From Sphaerodactylus townsendi (Eukaryota), in contig NC_059432.1 of the NCBI RefSeq assembly GCF_021028975.2, positions 90,458,001-90,522,000 of the forward strand: a DNA stretch of 64,000 bases. The letters run 5' to 3'. The position numbers and the translations under genes are program-made. The notes under the pieces are model-generated. The model was not told where the DNA came from and searched no databases. It saw only the letters and a list, made by a program, of their open reading frames with translations. Shown here one piece after another: positions 23,845-36,366 of the stretch. Each line of letters begins with the position of its first letter. Position 1 is the first letter of the stretch.

Positions 23845-23953
23845 CAGGGGTCTGGAGGTGGCTCTGTGCGGAGCCGCCTCTCCGGCTCGGTAGATCTTCG
23901 GGGCCGTGGAAAACGGGTCCAAATGGCTGAGTGATAAAGGTTGCTGACCCCTG
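23845..23953. mobile_element. Short hAT MITE
   Basis: TIRs caggggtc / gacccctg; perfect 8-bp TSD gtttaagc at 23837-23844 and 23954-23961. Confidence 0.9.
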
Positions 23954-24019
23954 GTTTAAGCAAATGGTAAAAGATAAGTCCAAAGTTCAGGTTTTCGTGC
24001 ATTTAATAGGATTGTGCAT

Positions 24020-24255
24020 GTAGTAGTGGTGGTGGTGGTGGAGGAGGAGGAGGAGGAGGAGGAGGAGGAGGAGGAGGAGGAGTTTGCATTATACCCCATC
24101 TGTAAGGAGACTCAAGGTGGCTTACAAGCTCTTTTCCCTTCCTCTTTTCATAACAGACACCTTGTGAGGCAGGTGGGGCTGAGAGAGCTCCAAAGAACTG
24201 TGACTAACCCAAGGTCACCCCGTAGGAATGTAGGAGTGCGGAAACACATCTGGTG
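24020..24255 (-). mobile_element. 5'-truncated Squam3-like SINE with expanded (GAG)n/(GTG)n tail
   Basis: Colinear with 11281-11480; the poly-Glu ORF is the microsatellite tail. Confidence 0.85.
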
Positions 24256-24451
24256 ACCCAATGCTTGCCAACCAATGGTGAGAAAAACTGTACCTGCTGA
24301 AATTCTTTCTTCTACACAAGCACTGCCCTCCACTGTACATTGTCAGCCAAGGAGCAAAAATGACATATTTCTCCTTTCAGGATTGTGGAAGTAGCCACAG
24401 TAGGGTTCTGTGAAATCCACTCCCACACAACAGTGCTCATATGTTTACTGT

Positions 24452-24530
24452 GTGCAGTTCTAAGCAGAGTTGTACCCTTTTGGGCCCATAGACTTCAATT
24501 GACTTAGGATATAACCCTGTTTAGGACTGT
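24452..24530. mobile_element. Short (~80 bp) palindromic MITE; related copies at ~45155-45228 and probably ~16372-16450 and ~20225-20285
   Basis: cagttctaagcagagtt..cccatagacttcaattgactt..aaccctgtttaggactg forms an imperfect palindrome. Confidence 0.6.
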
Positions 24531-25886
24531 TCTGTTAGATTCAGTTCCCCAAGTGAAGAAAACAGATCTGTAACCAACTCTTGGTATCCTTCTGTAAAGT
24601 CACTTTCTGTAGCACCAGTGTGTGCTACATGCCTGTTTTGAAAAATGAAACACTGCAGATGTTCCTAAAGAAAATGCTAGTTCAAATTACATATGATTGA
24701 CTGCATAAATAACAAAGGATGGGATGCTAAAGAAAGACTCGCTAACAAGCATCTTTATTAAAAAAAATATTAGGCAAATTAAATAAAGGCTGTCTGTATT
24801 TACAATCCATTCAAAGGCACTGCTGGCTAGATTAGCTCAATAATTGGGCCACACAGACTGATTCATAAAGTTTAGATAACAGAATAACATCTTAAGGCAA
24901 TAGTAATTTGATTTTTTCCCTCTTAAACATGTTGGCATAGATTTTCCGAGATGTTTTACAAATAGTTATTAAAAGCACATTGAGAATCTGAATTCCCTGT
25001 GGGCAAAATGTTTTTATGCTTAACTTTCATTTAGTTCAAAATTACAAATAGCTTGGGTGGAGGGAAGAGTCATAAAGTCATACCCAGTTATCACAAAATC
25101 AGCAGTTGAAACCAATATCTGGGAAGCTCAGAGAAGGATGCGTCTGGTTGCCGGGTGCTGGGTAATGATTTTTAAAAGCAAAGTTAATCCCTAAAAGAGA
25201 TTTAAGAGATAAAATTTGATATTTCTGTGAACACTAAATATATCAGTGTTCAGGAAGATTTAGGACACCACTTTTCACAACTTTTGCCTTCAGGCAGTCT
25301 TCTCGTGCTGACTTGGCTATCAAAAGAAACCCTAAACATCAGCCACTGAAGAGTGAAGATAGAGTTGCCAAGTCCTCCCGGCCAGGCCAAATGTTTTTTG
25401 AAGGGGAACAAAACTACAGAATGATCCCCCCCATATATATTTTAATATATATGGCATATATGCAACGTATATAATCAACACCACTTTTAAATGATAAATT
25501 ATGCTGACCTCTGTGAACTGTTCATGAATAAATTATACTTTTATATTATTTTATCTATCTGTGATTTCTGAATATTCCTTCAACCCCACTGCACACATAA
25601 AAACCCAAACCGAAGAGAACGTTTTTCAACCTAGCCTTTTCCTTGACATTTAAAAAAATACAGCACATGTAATTTTGACTTGGGAAACACAAAGCACACC
25701 TCACGTTTCTTCGCAGCCTGATAAAGTACAGCCCAAGAAGAACTTTATCTGGTAATTGTGGTGCTGGAAGTTAAAATGGCTAAAGGGAAGATGGTAGGAA
25801 AAGAGGGAGACCAACCATGAGATGGATTGATTCAGTAACTGAAGCCATGACCCTCAATTTGCATGACTTGAGCAAGGCTGTTAACA

Positions 25887-26154
25887 GGCCTTTCCCCACT
25901 TACCTTAAGCCTCATGCTACTCTCCTCAAGTAGCGCGGGGTCCCCCGGCGCTCCCCACTACAGGGGCGGCGACAACGCAGCCGTCCCGATGCTGCCGCTG
26001 TCGCACCCGCTCAGCACGCGGCATCCCTGGCGCTCTTGTAAACGGCGCCTTTTGATGACCCCGCACAGAGTGCGGGGTCGTGGGGACGCTCGAAATGACG
26101 CACGCTTAGAGCAGCACGCAGCATAGGGGGGATCGTGATGAGTGGGGAAACGCC
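25887..26154. mobile_element. CpG-rich MITE, Harbinger-like termini
   Basis: TIRs ggcctttccccact / agtggggaaacgcc; internal hairpin gaccccgcac-aga-gtgcggggtc. Confidence 0.8.
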
Positions 26155-26679
26155 CAATGAGAGAATGTTATGGATGTTGATTCACAAGTCAGAAGTGACT
26201 TGATGCCACTTGATGTAAACAGACTTTCCATTCTTGGCCCCTCATTTGGCTCTTTGGAGAAGACCAAGCTTATTAGGGGAGGAGGCAAAGCCAAGCATCA
26301 CACAGCTCCCGATTTTAAAGCAGCAGTGGAGGGAAAGGAGAAGAAGGGCCCGTCCTTTCCCACTCACCTTTATTCGACTTCAGGCTGCTCCAGGGCTTGC
26401 AGTGCGTCAGCAGAGCATTGGGGGGGGGGGGGCAAGGAGAGGGGTAAATCAGAGATTCTAAACTATTAATGGGCTCCTCCCAAAAAAACCTCTTCTCCCC
26501 CTGTGTCTAGAATGTGCCCTAAGCCACCCCCACCATCACCAAGTCTTATATTTTCACAACTTGCCTATGGCCACTATCAATATGCAATTCTTGAAAGAGG
26601 ATGGGAAGACAAGAAAAGGGAAGATACAGGTGGAAGAGCAGAGGGTAGGCACAGAGGGAGAGGGAGAGGGAACTGTGCC

Positions 26680-26894
26680 CAGGGCACAACCTGCCCGCAT
26701 CTACCCCCGCCCATGCCCTGCCCCACCTAAGCCCATGCCCTTCCCTGCCCATGCCCTGCCCAGATCTGCCCACACCTTGCCCAGATCTGCCCACGCCCTG
26801 CCCACGCCCCTAGGAGGGGGTCTGGGGTGATTTTCCGCCCCCATGTGCTGCCAATGGTGCACCCCACCCCCATGCCATTGCAGCTTCATCACTG
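26680..26894. repeat. (TGCCC)-rich degenerate tandem repeat inside a hAT-like fragment
   Basis: Repeated tgccc and tgcccagatctgcccac units; ends cttcatcactg. Confidence 0.55.
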
Positions 26895-28448
26895 GTGGAG
26901 GGTACCTTGGACAGGAGAAGGAGGGAGATTGACAAGGTCAAGAAAGGCTACTGTGTGTCTGTGTCTCCCATTGCATAGAACTTGACATCTTTGAAATCAC
27001 CTTAGGAAACTTTAGCTTCCCCTTCTCTTTGCTCATCATAGTCTTGCCTGACTAAAAGATGCCAGTTTTTGCCTTACCAACAGCTGCAACTCCCCTTTGA
27101 GGCCTGGAGTCTTCCTCTCTTTCCCACTCCACCTCCTAGCAGCAGCTTAATCAGGGAAGGGCTGCAGAATGAGTTATCTCTTCCAGACAACTGAGCCTTC
27201 CCCCCCCCCCTCCTCCTGCCTGCTGCCACTGCCCCCTCTCTGCCCAACACTTCTCCCCCTTTTCCCCCAAGATCTGGCCCAGCTTCCTAGAAATCTTTGG
27301 GTTATTAAGGAATGGGTTATCATCTCTGGGGGTTATTAAAGGATTATTAAGGAAGTCCAAATCCTGTTTCTCATTTTCTCTTGCTCTTCTGCTATCAACC
27401 ACGTGTGGTTTTCTGTTGCCAAGTTGCCAACCTGTGTGTCTACCTTTTAATCCAATTGAATCACAGGCTGGGAATGCTGACTTTCAAGCATTGGCATCTA
27501 TCTCTGTAGCTGCTCTTTTAGCCTACTTATGACCCACCATCCAAGGGGCCTGCCAGAATAGCAACTATTGGCATTAACTCAGAAATAAACCGCTAGTGTT
27601 GAGTGAGCATCTTAAAGGAACTTAATGCATGTGTTTTGGCCCAAATAAGCACTGATCAGCATAAACATTCTAATTAGCTTTATTTTATGCTAGTCTTACC
27701 ACATTCATCTGTATGTTCCTAATTAAATACATATGTTTATTTTCTTTTACAGATTCTCAGAATGCTCCCCCACTCCACCCCCCACCGGTACAGCTAAGAT
27801 TTTGAATGTACGTATAACTGAGCTCCAGGATTGCTTTGTGCCTAGCAAAGCTTGTAAGGGAAAAATGTTTTCTCTGCAGGATTACTGTCTTTTCTGTTCG
27901 TATGACCATTTTGGAGTCTGCTGTTTGTTTGCTGTTACCCAGAGCTAAACTACAAAGGCTTTTAAAATCACTAGTTGTGGTCACTGCATTTAAATTAAGC
28001 ATAGCAACAAAAACAGACCTCTACTTGAAAAAGTAATTTGGAAGACAAGAATTTATTCTGCTTAGACCCATGGTGTGTAGACAGAATACTAAAGAGAATC
28101 ATCAAGGTTTTAAGATATAAATGTCCACGCAGCTTCTTTCAATGTCTTTCTAAAGAGAACTTGAGCACTGCAAAAGGGTTTCATCTGAATATTCCCAAGA
28201 CCAGATTTCAATGTACATAAGGTGAAACATTTGTCTCTCTCAGCAAGAACATGCTAAACGTTAAAGGAAAAGCATTCTGTCCTGGAGGTATCCAAAAGAG
28301 ATTCAAATAAAAATGTAATCTTCTTTGAGCTTCTGGTTTGGATGGAAAAGCAGGCAATAAATCTCATAAACGGACCACAGATAATTTTTCAAATATTTTC
28401 AAGGATCTTGGATACGTGGGTGGGAAAGAACTTTTCAGCCAACCCATA

Positions 28449-29360
28449 GGCCACTTCTGCACAGCACAATTGTACCGGGTTACAATCGGTATCTTACAAT
28501 GTGGATCTATTTTATCCCAGTTTCTCCCTTCACATGGATGCCTGTTTCTGTGAAGGAATCTAGTGAAGACTGGGAGGAAATACGCCAGTTTGTTTTGCAC
28601 ATGCCCAGGTCTTTTGTATTTACACGGTAAGCATATCTGCGCATGCGCAAGCATATCTGCGCATGTGCAAACATCCCTGGTGTCCCGAGTTCTGACTGGC
28701 TGTTGTTGGGGGGGGGGGAATGAAGCCCTCCCCTTTTTCCAGTTCTGGATAGGGCCCAGCGCAGGCCTCAACATGGCAAGCAGCAGCAAAAAAATAATGG
28801 GGCACAGCATCACATCACATACCCACTCACATTCTCATTATTTTTGTGGAATATGAGAGACTTCCCCACCCCTCGTGATATGCCCGTTAACATTTGGCCC
28901 AAAGTGCACATCTCCCTAGCTATGTGCTACGAGCAACCAGTATATGTACATAAAAGAAAACAGGGACATTTTGGGACTCCACTCCTGATGAACCCAGGCG
29001 AAATGGCACCCGGTCAATACCATGTGCAGAAAACGTGCTTCAAGGAATGTTTCAGGAAAGGTGGGCTGCAATGGTCAGCGGCTCAGCAGAGTTGAAAACT
29101 GATATTATGTCAGGTGGGGAGATCAGGGGGCGGGCAACGGGGCGGGGAGATCAGGTGGTTGGGCAGGACAAATAAACCGGTTCGGCTCCCGTGGTGTTTT
29201 TGTGGTAGAATCACCAAATTGGCAATTTTTGAAAATCCCAAGATGAGTGAAATGTCACGGGATAAACCCACTTTAGGACTGGGAACCATGCAAACCTCTT
29301 AACCAAACCGGGATATTTCCCTTGCTCAACCTGGGATACTTGGACTGTGCAGAAATGACC
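28449..29360. mobile_element. Non-autonomous PIF/Harbinger-like element
   Basis: TIRs ggccacttctgcacag / ctgtgcagaaatgacc; 3-bp TSD ata at 28446-28448 and 29361-29363. Confidence 0.8.
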
Positions 29361-29756
29361 ATAGAGAACAGGAGTCTGATCTGAGCAGCTGGAATAAAAG
29401 AAACAAATACAATAATAGATAGATATGGGTTATACAATAAGAACTTCCCCAGTATGCTAAAATACTCGCTGGCCCACAAATGGATAATATACAAAAGCAT
29501 TTTCAGTGGGACTGGAAATCAACTATAAACGTACTTTGATGTTCAAAAGACATGAAAACTAATGCTACACACATGAAAAGGGATGGAATGTTTAAATAAA
29601 ATCTGCATGTGCTTTCAAAACTAGAAATGGTTTATGTTTCAATAAAATCAGAAAACAACCCACCAAATTCACCTCACTAGGGTTAGGCCTCTTCATACAT
29701 TTCCAGTTCTTTTCTTCAAACCCAATATTGTACACTCTTTTACAAATTGTCTCTTG

Positions 29757-29904
29757 GGCCCCTTCCACACATGCAGAATAATGCACTTCCAATCCACTTC
29801 CAATGAACTTTGCAGCTGGATTTTACTGTGCGGAATAGCAAAATCCACTTTCAAACAGTTGTGAAAATGGATTGAAAGTGCATTATTCTGCATGTGCGGA
29901 ATGG
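29757..29904. mobile_element. Palindromic Harbinger-like MITE
   Basis: ttccacacatgcagaataatgcactt mirrored by aagtgcattattctgcatgtgcggaa; sister copy at 47264-47404. Confidence 0.88.
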
Positions 29905-30171
29905 TGTGATGACTCCAGACACTGGCATTTTTTAAGAGGAAGGAGATGAAAATGGCTGAAGTATTCTAAGCAGTGGAAGATATCCTTAAGAGAGGCACCA
30001 AACTCTTCAGAAGGAACCATTAAGTTTTTGGGGTGAAGAAAAAGACGTTGTAATTGTTGAGGACTGCATTTTGCAAAATTTGAAATATTAGAGCTGAAAT
30101 GAAGACAAAGAGCCGCATTATTAAAGTATAGAATGCAGCAGAATTAAGATTGAATGAAGGCTTTTGTTTTA

Positions 30172-30373
30172 TTTTTGCTGTCAAGTCACAGCTGATTTTT
30201 TGTCAACCCTGTAGGCAAGAGATGTTCAAGGAAAGAGATGTTCAGAGGTGGTTAGCCATTGCCCTAAGCCTGAATTTCCTTGGTGGTCTCTCATCCAAAA
30301 ATTAACCAGGGCCAACCATGCATAGCTTCCAAGATCTGATATAATTTAACTAGCCTGAGCCATCCAAGTAAAG
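30172..30373 (-). mobile_element. 5S rRNA-derived SINE with RTE-type tail
   Basis: Reverse complement cagatcttggaagctatgcatggttggccctggttaatttttggatgagagaccacc (5S), then ggcaatggctaaccacctctgaacatctc..tgtgacttgacagc. Confidence 0.8.
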
Positions 30374-31969
30374 GTCAGGGTTTCTCACTGAACCTTTCAA
30401 ACACTCTGTTTTGGGTATTTTGGAACATTAAATGTTAGACCATGCATAATAAACATGTGATAAAAATCTACCAATCATAGCTGCAGTTTATGTCTTAACA
30501 TAAATCAGGACTAGTTTCTTTATGTCAATAATAATACTTTGTATTTATACAGTGCTTTCTCCAAAAGTTCTCAATCACTGTACATTATTATCTCAGCTCT
30601 GCATAAGACAGTCATGTATTCATATTCATAGAACCTTCCAATTAAACAAGACTCATTTGTAACTTATGAATTGATTTTAGAAGACTTCAAACATGACATC
30701 ATGTAAAATTGAAAAATATATCTGTTAGGAAGGGCAAGCAACTAGCAACAACCTCTAAACACAAGAGTCAAGGAGCCATAGCAGTATTAATAAGCAATGA
30801 ACAGAGAGAAAGAAAGAGATATAATTCTTCTTGTAACCTATCCTTATATCTACCTTGACATCAAAGTATATTATGAGTGGAATTTTCTCGCTCTGTTTTA
30901 ATTATTTAGCGCCAAAGTCCTTACACAGCATGTTATTTTTTGCCCTTCTAAATTGATTATGAAAACAAACTCCACTCTGACTATAAGAGGAAATAAATCA
31001 TTTCACAATGACTAACAAATAATCAGGAGAGTTTTAGCACTAAAGTTTATAAAAACTTAGCTGTTTTTTAAAACTACAAATCCACTTCAACATTTAAACT
31101 CAGGAGGAATCCTTTAAGTGAAATGGGCACTTCAGTGCAAACAAATACAGAACAAATGACTCTCCCAGATATCCCTTTCCAAAGGGATGTTTTGATCCAT
31201 TTGTCCACCTGCCATGAAAAATATTAATAAAGTTAGCACACAAGAAGAAAATGGCACTAAGGGGCAGACTTGGAAAAGATTGTTCTGTGATCAGCCCATG
31301 GCTTAGATTAAAATAAAAAGAATAAAGGTACACAGAAAAGCATTTTAAGGCAAGTGTATGAAAAGGGACAGATCAATGCCAATAAACTGCTTGCAATAGT
31401 AATTAATAGTAATTAATTTAAAAAGAAGGACTTATTGACTTGGGTTGATGAGGGAACTAACCTTTAAACAATTAAGACAGGTAGTCTTTACAACAGAGTG
31501 ATTAAAATCTGGAGCCTCAACATGAGATGTACACCTCCCAAGAATCCATGAGATAATGGAAGAGAAGAAATAAGACAATTTCAGTTCCACTAGGGCTTGA
31601 TGGGGCAGTGAGCGCAAGTCTGTGGTCTCCTCCATCTGTGGTGCCTAACATGTAGCAACTAAACCACAAGACAATGACACCAGAAAAAATTAGTCTAAGG
31701 TAGTGGTCCCTAACACAGTGTTTCTTAATGGTAATGCTCTTTCCCCAAAGCATATCCTTATCAAAGCAAAGAGTCAGTTCCATCTTTCACCCACTCTTCT
31801 GGAATAGGAGTTGCTTCACTGGTGGCACTTCTTTTATGTCTTCAGGGAGCACTTGTTTGGAAACAGCTGCCTCCATGATAGAAGATGCTTTTATTGGAAC
31901 CTTCTAACATTCTGGAGAACTTTGCAACATTTTAAGATTGGACCACACACCCACACATAGAGACTGTTT

Positions 31970-32159
31970 TATTATGACACAGGCCGTTGATTAATCAAGG
32001 TCAGTATTTGCCATTCATACTGGTAGAGCTCTCCAGTGTCTCAAGTAGTAGTCTTTCACATCACTTATTACTACCTGATCCTTACCTGGCAATACCATAA
32101 ATTGAATCTGGGACCTTCTGCATGCAAAGAAGAAGTTCTACCATTGAGCCATGGCCCCT
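31970..32159 (-). mobile_element. tRNA-derived SINE (Squam2-like)
   Basis: Reverse complement aggggccatggctcaatggtagaac..tgcatgcagaaggtcccagattcaat; colinear with 23560-23767. Confidence 0.75.
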
Positions 32160-33903
32160 TCTCCTGTGGCTCTGCCAGTAACCCACAGACCCTGACAAAA
32201 CGGTAACCATTTTGTGATTAGCTACACCAACCCCATGGCAGTCACTTTCTTGTGGTGCCCACTGCTGGATCTCAAAATCTGAGTGCCTAAAATAGCAAAA
32301 ATGGGGGTTGAAGATCAAGCACCAAGCATTCCACAACACATAAGTTGTGCATTGCATCTGGCTTAACTACACATTGCATTACAAATCTCTATAAATACAT
32401 TATTTATATTTCCATCAAACAGCGTGCAAATCAGCTCTTATTTCACACTTTCTTCAAGTAGAAGGGTTTGGTTGTGGACCTCCAGATACTGCAGAAAGCT
32501 TTGCCCAGCACACCCGTTTACAGAAAGTAAGTGGCAAGAAGACAGTGTCTTTGTAGTGGTGGGAATGCCTTCTACCCTAAGGTTTGTCCACTGCCTATCA
32601 TAGTGTATAGGGGTTTACCAATCTGGTTGTAGTTTGAGGTATGTTTTATAGATATTTTTGGTTGTTTTGAGCTGTTTTTAATAGCTCATTTTCATTGCTT
32701 TTGTTTTTAGGCTTTTAAATGATGTTATTGTTTTTCCATGTAAGTGACCACAAGCAAGACTCTGGAAAACAGACTGTAAATTCCCTAAATAAACAATAAA
32801 TGCATAAATATCACTGTTTGCACCCACTGTCGTTCAAATGGAATGATTCTTTCACAGTGCAAGGAAATAAAAAATCACAGATGTATAGCATAACTTTTAG
32901 CAGATGGACTTAAATGTCATTTGATCATTTTGTGGTTTTAAAAAAATTATCCCACTGTTGAAGACGCACAAAGTCCTAGGAACAATATAGCTAGGATTCC
33001 TACAACCAGTGCATGTTCCTTTTCTTCCTCTTCATATTCATTTACTTGACAAAAGCCATGAACTCTTGTTAAACCTACAAAAAAAATATTTCCCATAAGC
33101 TATTAAAATCTAATTAAGAGTCTATTAAAAATTAAATTATGGTATAAGTTTAAACATTGTCAGTGCTTCTCTTAAAATGGTTTATGACATGGGAAAGTTA
33201 CCCACTGCCTATCGCAGAGGAGGGCTCCGTTTTTAAAAGAAATAGTTGTTATTGGAATCATCTGTTTTAACAATGAGAATTTTTGCTAAGCAACAACTTC
33301 ACAGGCTCCAGAGGAATCTCAACAAAGCAAGTGATTTGGGAAAATTTCCTCTCTTTTTCCCCCTGCTATTCTAACAAGAAGTGAATTACAAGTAAGAGAA
33401 GTTGCTAAACACCAAAAGCAGTACCACTGCCTCCAAGGAATACGTGCGATCTTAGCAAAAAAAGAATGGAAGCAGCATTCCTCATACTGCTGTTCCTGGG
33501 ACTGTGAGGGTACTATTCTCACAGAAAGATGAATGTAGGGCTGCAGCCTCTAACTAGTTTGATCTTTCGTTGATTAATCAGTAATCAGAAGGGATCAAAT
33601 TTAATAATCGATAACACATTTCAGTCAGAGCGAAAGGTGTCAAGTCTATTTCTTTTCTAATATCTATTTGTACTTTGTTCTTTCTTCCAAACAACACTGG
33701 ACACATGCAAGAGATGTTTTCCCCTCAATTTTAGCCACCAGATACTCTTGAAAGATAGATAAAAAAACAAATTAAATGTGGCATAAGTTTCACGAAGCTC
33801 ATTTTAGTAGATGTATGGTGTGTACAGGGCAGGTGTGGGGGCTGTAGAATGTGGAATCTATGGCAACAATATGCAAGAGCTAAAGACCAGATGAATTCTT
33901 TCA

Positions 33904-34128
33904 TTTACTTACTTCATTGGATCCTGCCTTTCTGCCCAGTGGGGATCCAAAGCAGATTAAATCATTCTCCACTCCTTCATTTTATCCTCACAGCAACTCT
34001 GTGAGGTAAGTTAGGCTGAGAAAGTATGAGTGACCCAAAGTCACCCAGGGAGCTTCCATGGTATAAGTGGGGATTCAAATCCTGGTCTCCGAGATACTAG
34101 TCCAACACTTTTAACCTCTATGCCACAC
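33904..34128 (-). mobile_element. Full-length Squam3/MIR-like SINE
   Basis: Head (rc) gtgtggcatagaggttaaaagtgttggactag..ccaggatttgaatcccc, core ctgggtgactttgggtc, L2-type tail. Confidence 0.85.
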
Positions 34129-34477
34129 TCACAATGAGCACAGTGACTATTTGCTGCAGCAATATCTGGCAGTACAATCTCGCCAGATTTGCTAAGATAA
34201 TTGTACATATTTATTTGCTTGTTTGTTTATTGCTGTGGCAATTGTCCTTCTCATCACAGTCTGTAACCCACACAGATGTCCATGCAGGTCCAATGATCCG
34301 CAGCATAGCCTTTTGGGGTGGTCAAATGGAATCCCTCTTTCCCTTTTCAATTCACATTGTTATATGGTGGTGTCTTGTTTTTTTAGTATAAGGTAACCCT
34401 TTCCATTCCACAACGGAACTGTCCAGAGTGCGAATCCCGCTGTCCATGAGGCTGGTTGACACGCACAGTCCTGAGAG

Positions 34478-34563
34478 TGGGAGTGGGAGTGGGGGGGCAT
34501 GTCACGGGGGGGCAAAAAAGCCAGAGTGCGCACCGGGTGCACTCTGGCCCAGCTACGCCTCTG
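34478..34563. mobile_element. hAT-like end fragment
   Basis: Hairpin ccagagtgc..gcactctgg and terminus ctacgcctctg, similar to the termini at 12764 and 38790. Confidence 0.5.
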
Positions 34564-35781
34564 GCGCCAGGAAAAAGACGTTTTACCTGGTTCAGATATG
34601 GACTTTTGGTGATTTGAAGGTCTGATTACCTGCCCACAACAGGGAGGGATGTCATGTGAAAATTTGGGGGCGATCCATCCAGCCATTTCCACGTTAGTGA
34701 ATGACTAACAAAGTCACTGTTAGCTTTTTATATATATAGATAGGCCGCCCCTCCCCTTTTGGGCTCGGGGCAGCTTACAACATAGTTTAAAATACAATAG
34801 ATAGAACACATAACAATATTAATTGTAGTAAAAAGAAGCCATAATCACAGTTGAATTTTTTAAAACTTTATTTTGAATTTATATCCTGCCCTACCCCAGC
34901 AAACCAGGCCTAGGACACTGTAATTCAAATAGGATTTTGTGTTGTCAAGCTTCTTTATCATTTCTAGTTCATGCTCTATCATGTTCATGCTTTATCATTT
35001 CATGCTGAAGTCTCCCATTGAAGTCACTGAATAATTGTGACTTCTGAGTCATTGCAAAGTATCCTGGGAGACCAGTCATAGCTGAGTATGGATTTGAACC
35101 CATTTCTTTGCCCTCCAAATTCAGCATGAAAATGAATAACGAAATACTGAAAATAATTTATAATAATACACAGATGCTTGTCTCCGAGAACACAGCAAAG
35201 GCACTCTCCATGTACTAAGGTCAGACACAGTTTCCTCTTTTATTTTTATTTCAAATGTTCCAAAGCCAAATTCAGGAAATGAAACTCAGTTTCAGGGTTG
35301 CCACTTGAAAACCCCTTGGTCTAACTTCAGGACTGAAGTAAACCATAAACCAACTCTCATGCTTTCAGCTTATTATCCCAGCTAACAAATGCTATAGAGA
35401 GTCTACCATATAAATAGGTTTATAAATTGGCAGGCTATTCTCTATTGACTGCCAACCCATATTTCTATGCCTTTGGGGATTGTGGAAGCCCGTGATTGTT
35501 GTTTTACAGCTCTAAACAAAATGTATAAACCAATGAAAAGAATTACTTGGGAGCGGGGGAATCTGCATATTGCAAGATAAAGAATCATTAATCAAGCACC
35601 AAGTATTTCGTTAACTGTTCCCTTTTTTTTTTTAACACTAATATTTGCCTGGAATGTCTGGAACGTTGAAAACAAGTTACATTTTAAAACAGGGAAATCC
35701 TCCATACGTCAATCTGTCAGGTTGACTGCTGTTTCAATCTAATATCTGTTAAGCATGTGGTTCAACTTGCAGCTGTTGGTA

Positions 35782-36029
35782 TAGGGTTGCCAGTCTCCAG
35801 GTGGGGCCTGTAAATCTCCAGGAATTACAACTGATCTCTAAACTACAACAATCTGATCCCTTTCAGGAAATGGCTGTTTTGGAGGTTGGCGTCTATGGTA
35901 TGACAGCCGTATAACAGCTACAGCTATCATGTCATAGGTGCCACCCTCCTAAGCAGCCATTTTTTCTCTCTTTGCCAACCCTGTTCCCCCTAGGCCCCAA
36001 AATTTCCTGATCCAGAGTTGGCAAATCTA
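35782..36029. mobile_element. TAGGGTTGCCA-type MITE
   Basis: TIRs tagggttgcca / tggcaaatcta. Confidence 0.75.
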
Positions 36030-36057
36030 ACTCAACCACAAGCTTTCTTTTCTTTTT

Positions 36058-36366
36058 CCTCCCTCCCCTCCCTTGCATGCCACCCCTCACTCTCTCCCCT
36101 CCCTCCCTCTCTCCTCTTCTCTTGAGTGCCACCCCTCCCCCTCCCTCCACTAGGGTGGGTGGGTCATGTCCCGATGCCGGGCCCCCTCCCTCCCCTCCCT
36201 TGCATGCCACCCCTCACTCTCTCCCCTCCCTCACTCCTCTTCCCTTGCATGCCACCCCTCCCCTCCCCCTCTTCCCTCTTCCTCCACTAGGGTGGGTGGG
36301 TCATTCCCTCTCCCTCCACTAGGGTGGGTGGGTCACTAGGGTGGGTGGGTCATTTTCCAATGCCAG
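36058..36366. repeat. Pyrimidine-rich minisatellite (cccttgcatgccacccctc / ccactagggtgggtgggtca units)
   Basis: Units repeated 3-4 times; an inverted homolog lies at 55207-55392. Confidence 0.85.

Noticed and set aside
11215-24256. Poly-Arg and poly-Glu ORFs at 11215-11441 and 24014-24256
   Set aside because: Translations of SINE microsatellite tails
36146-36350. ccactagggtggg repeats as a CTCF array
   Set aside because: Mismatches at the conserved GGC positions of the core; better explained as minisatellite units
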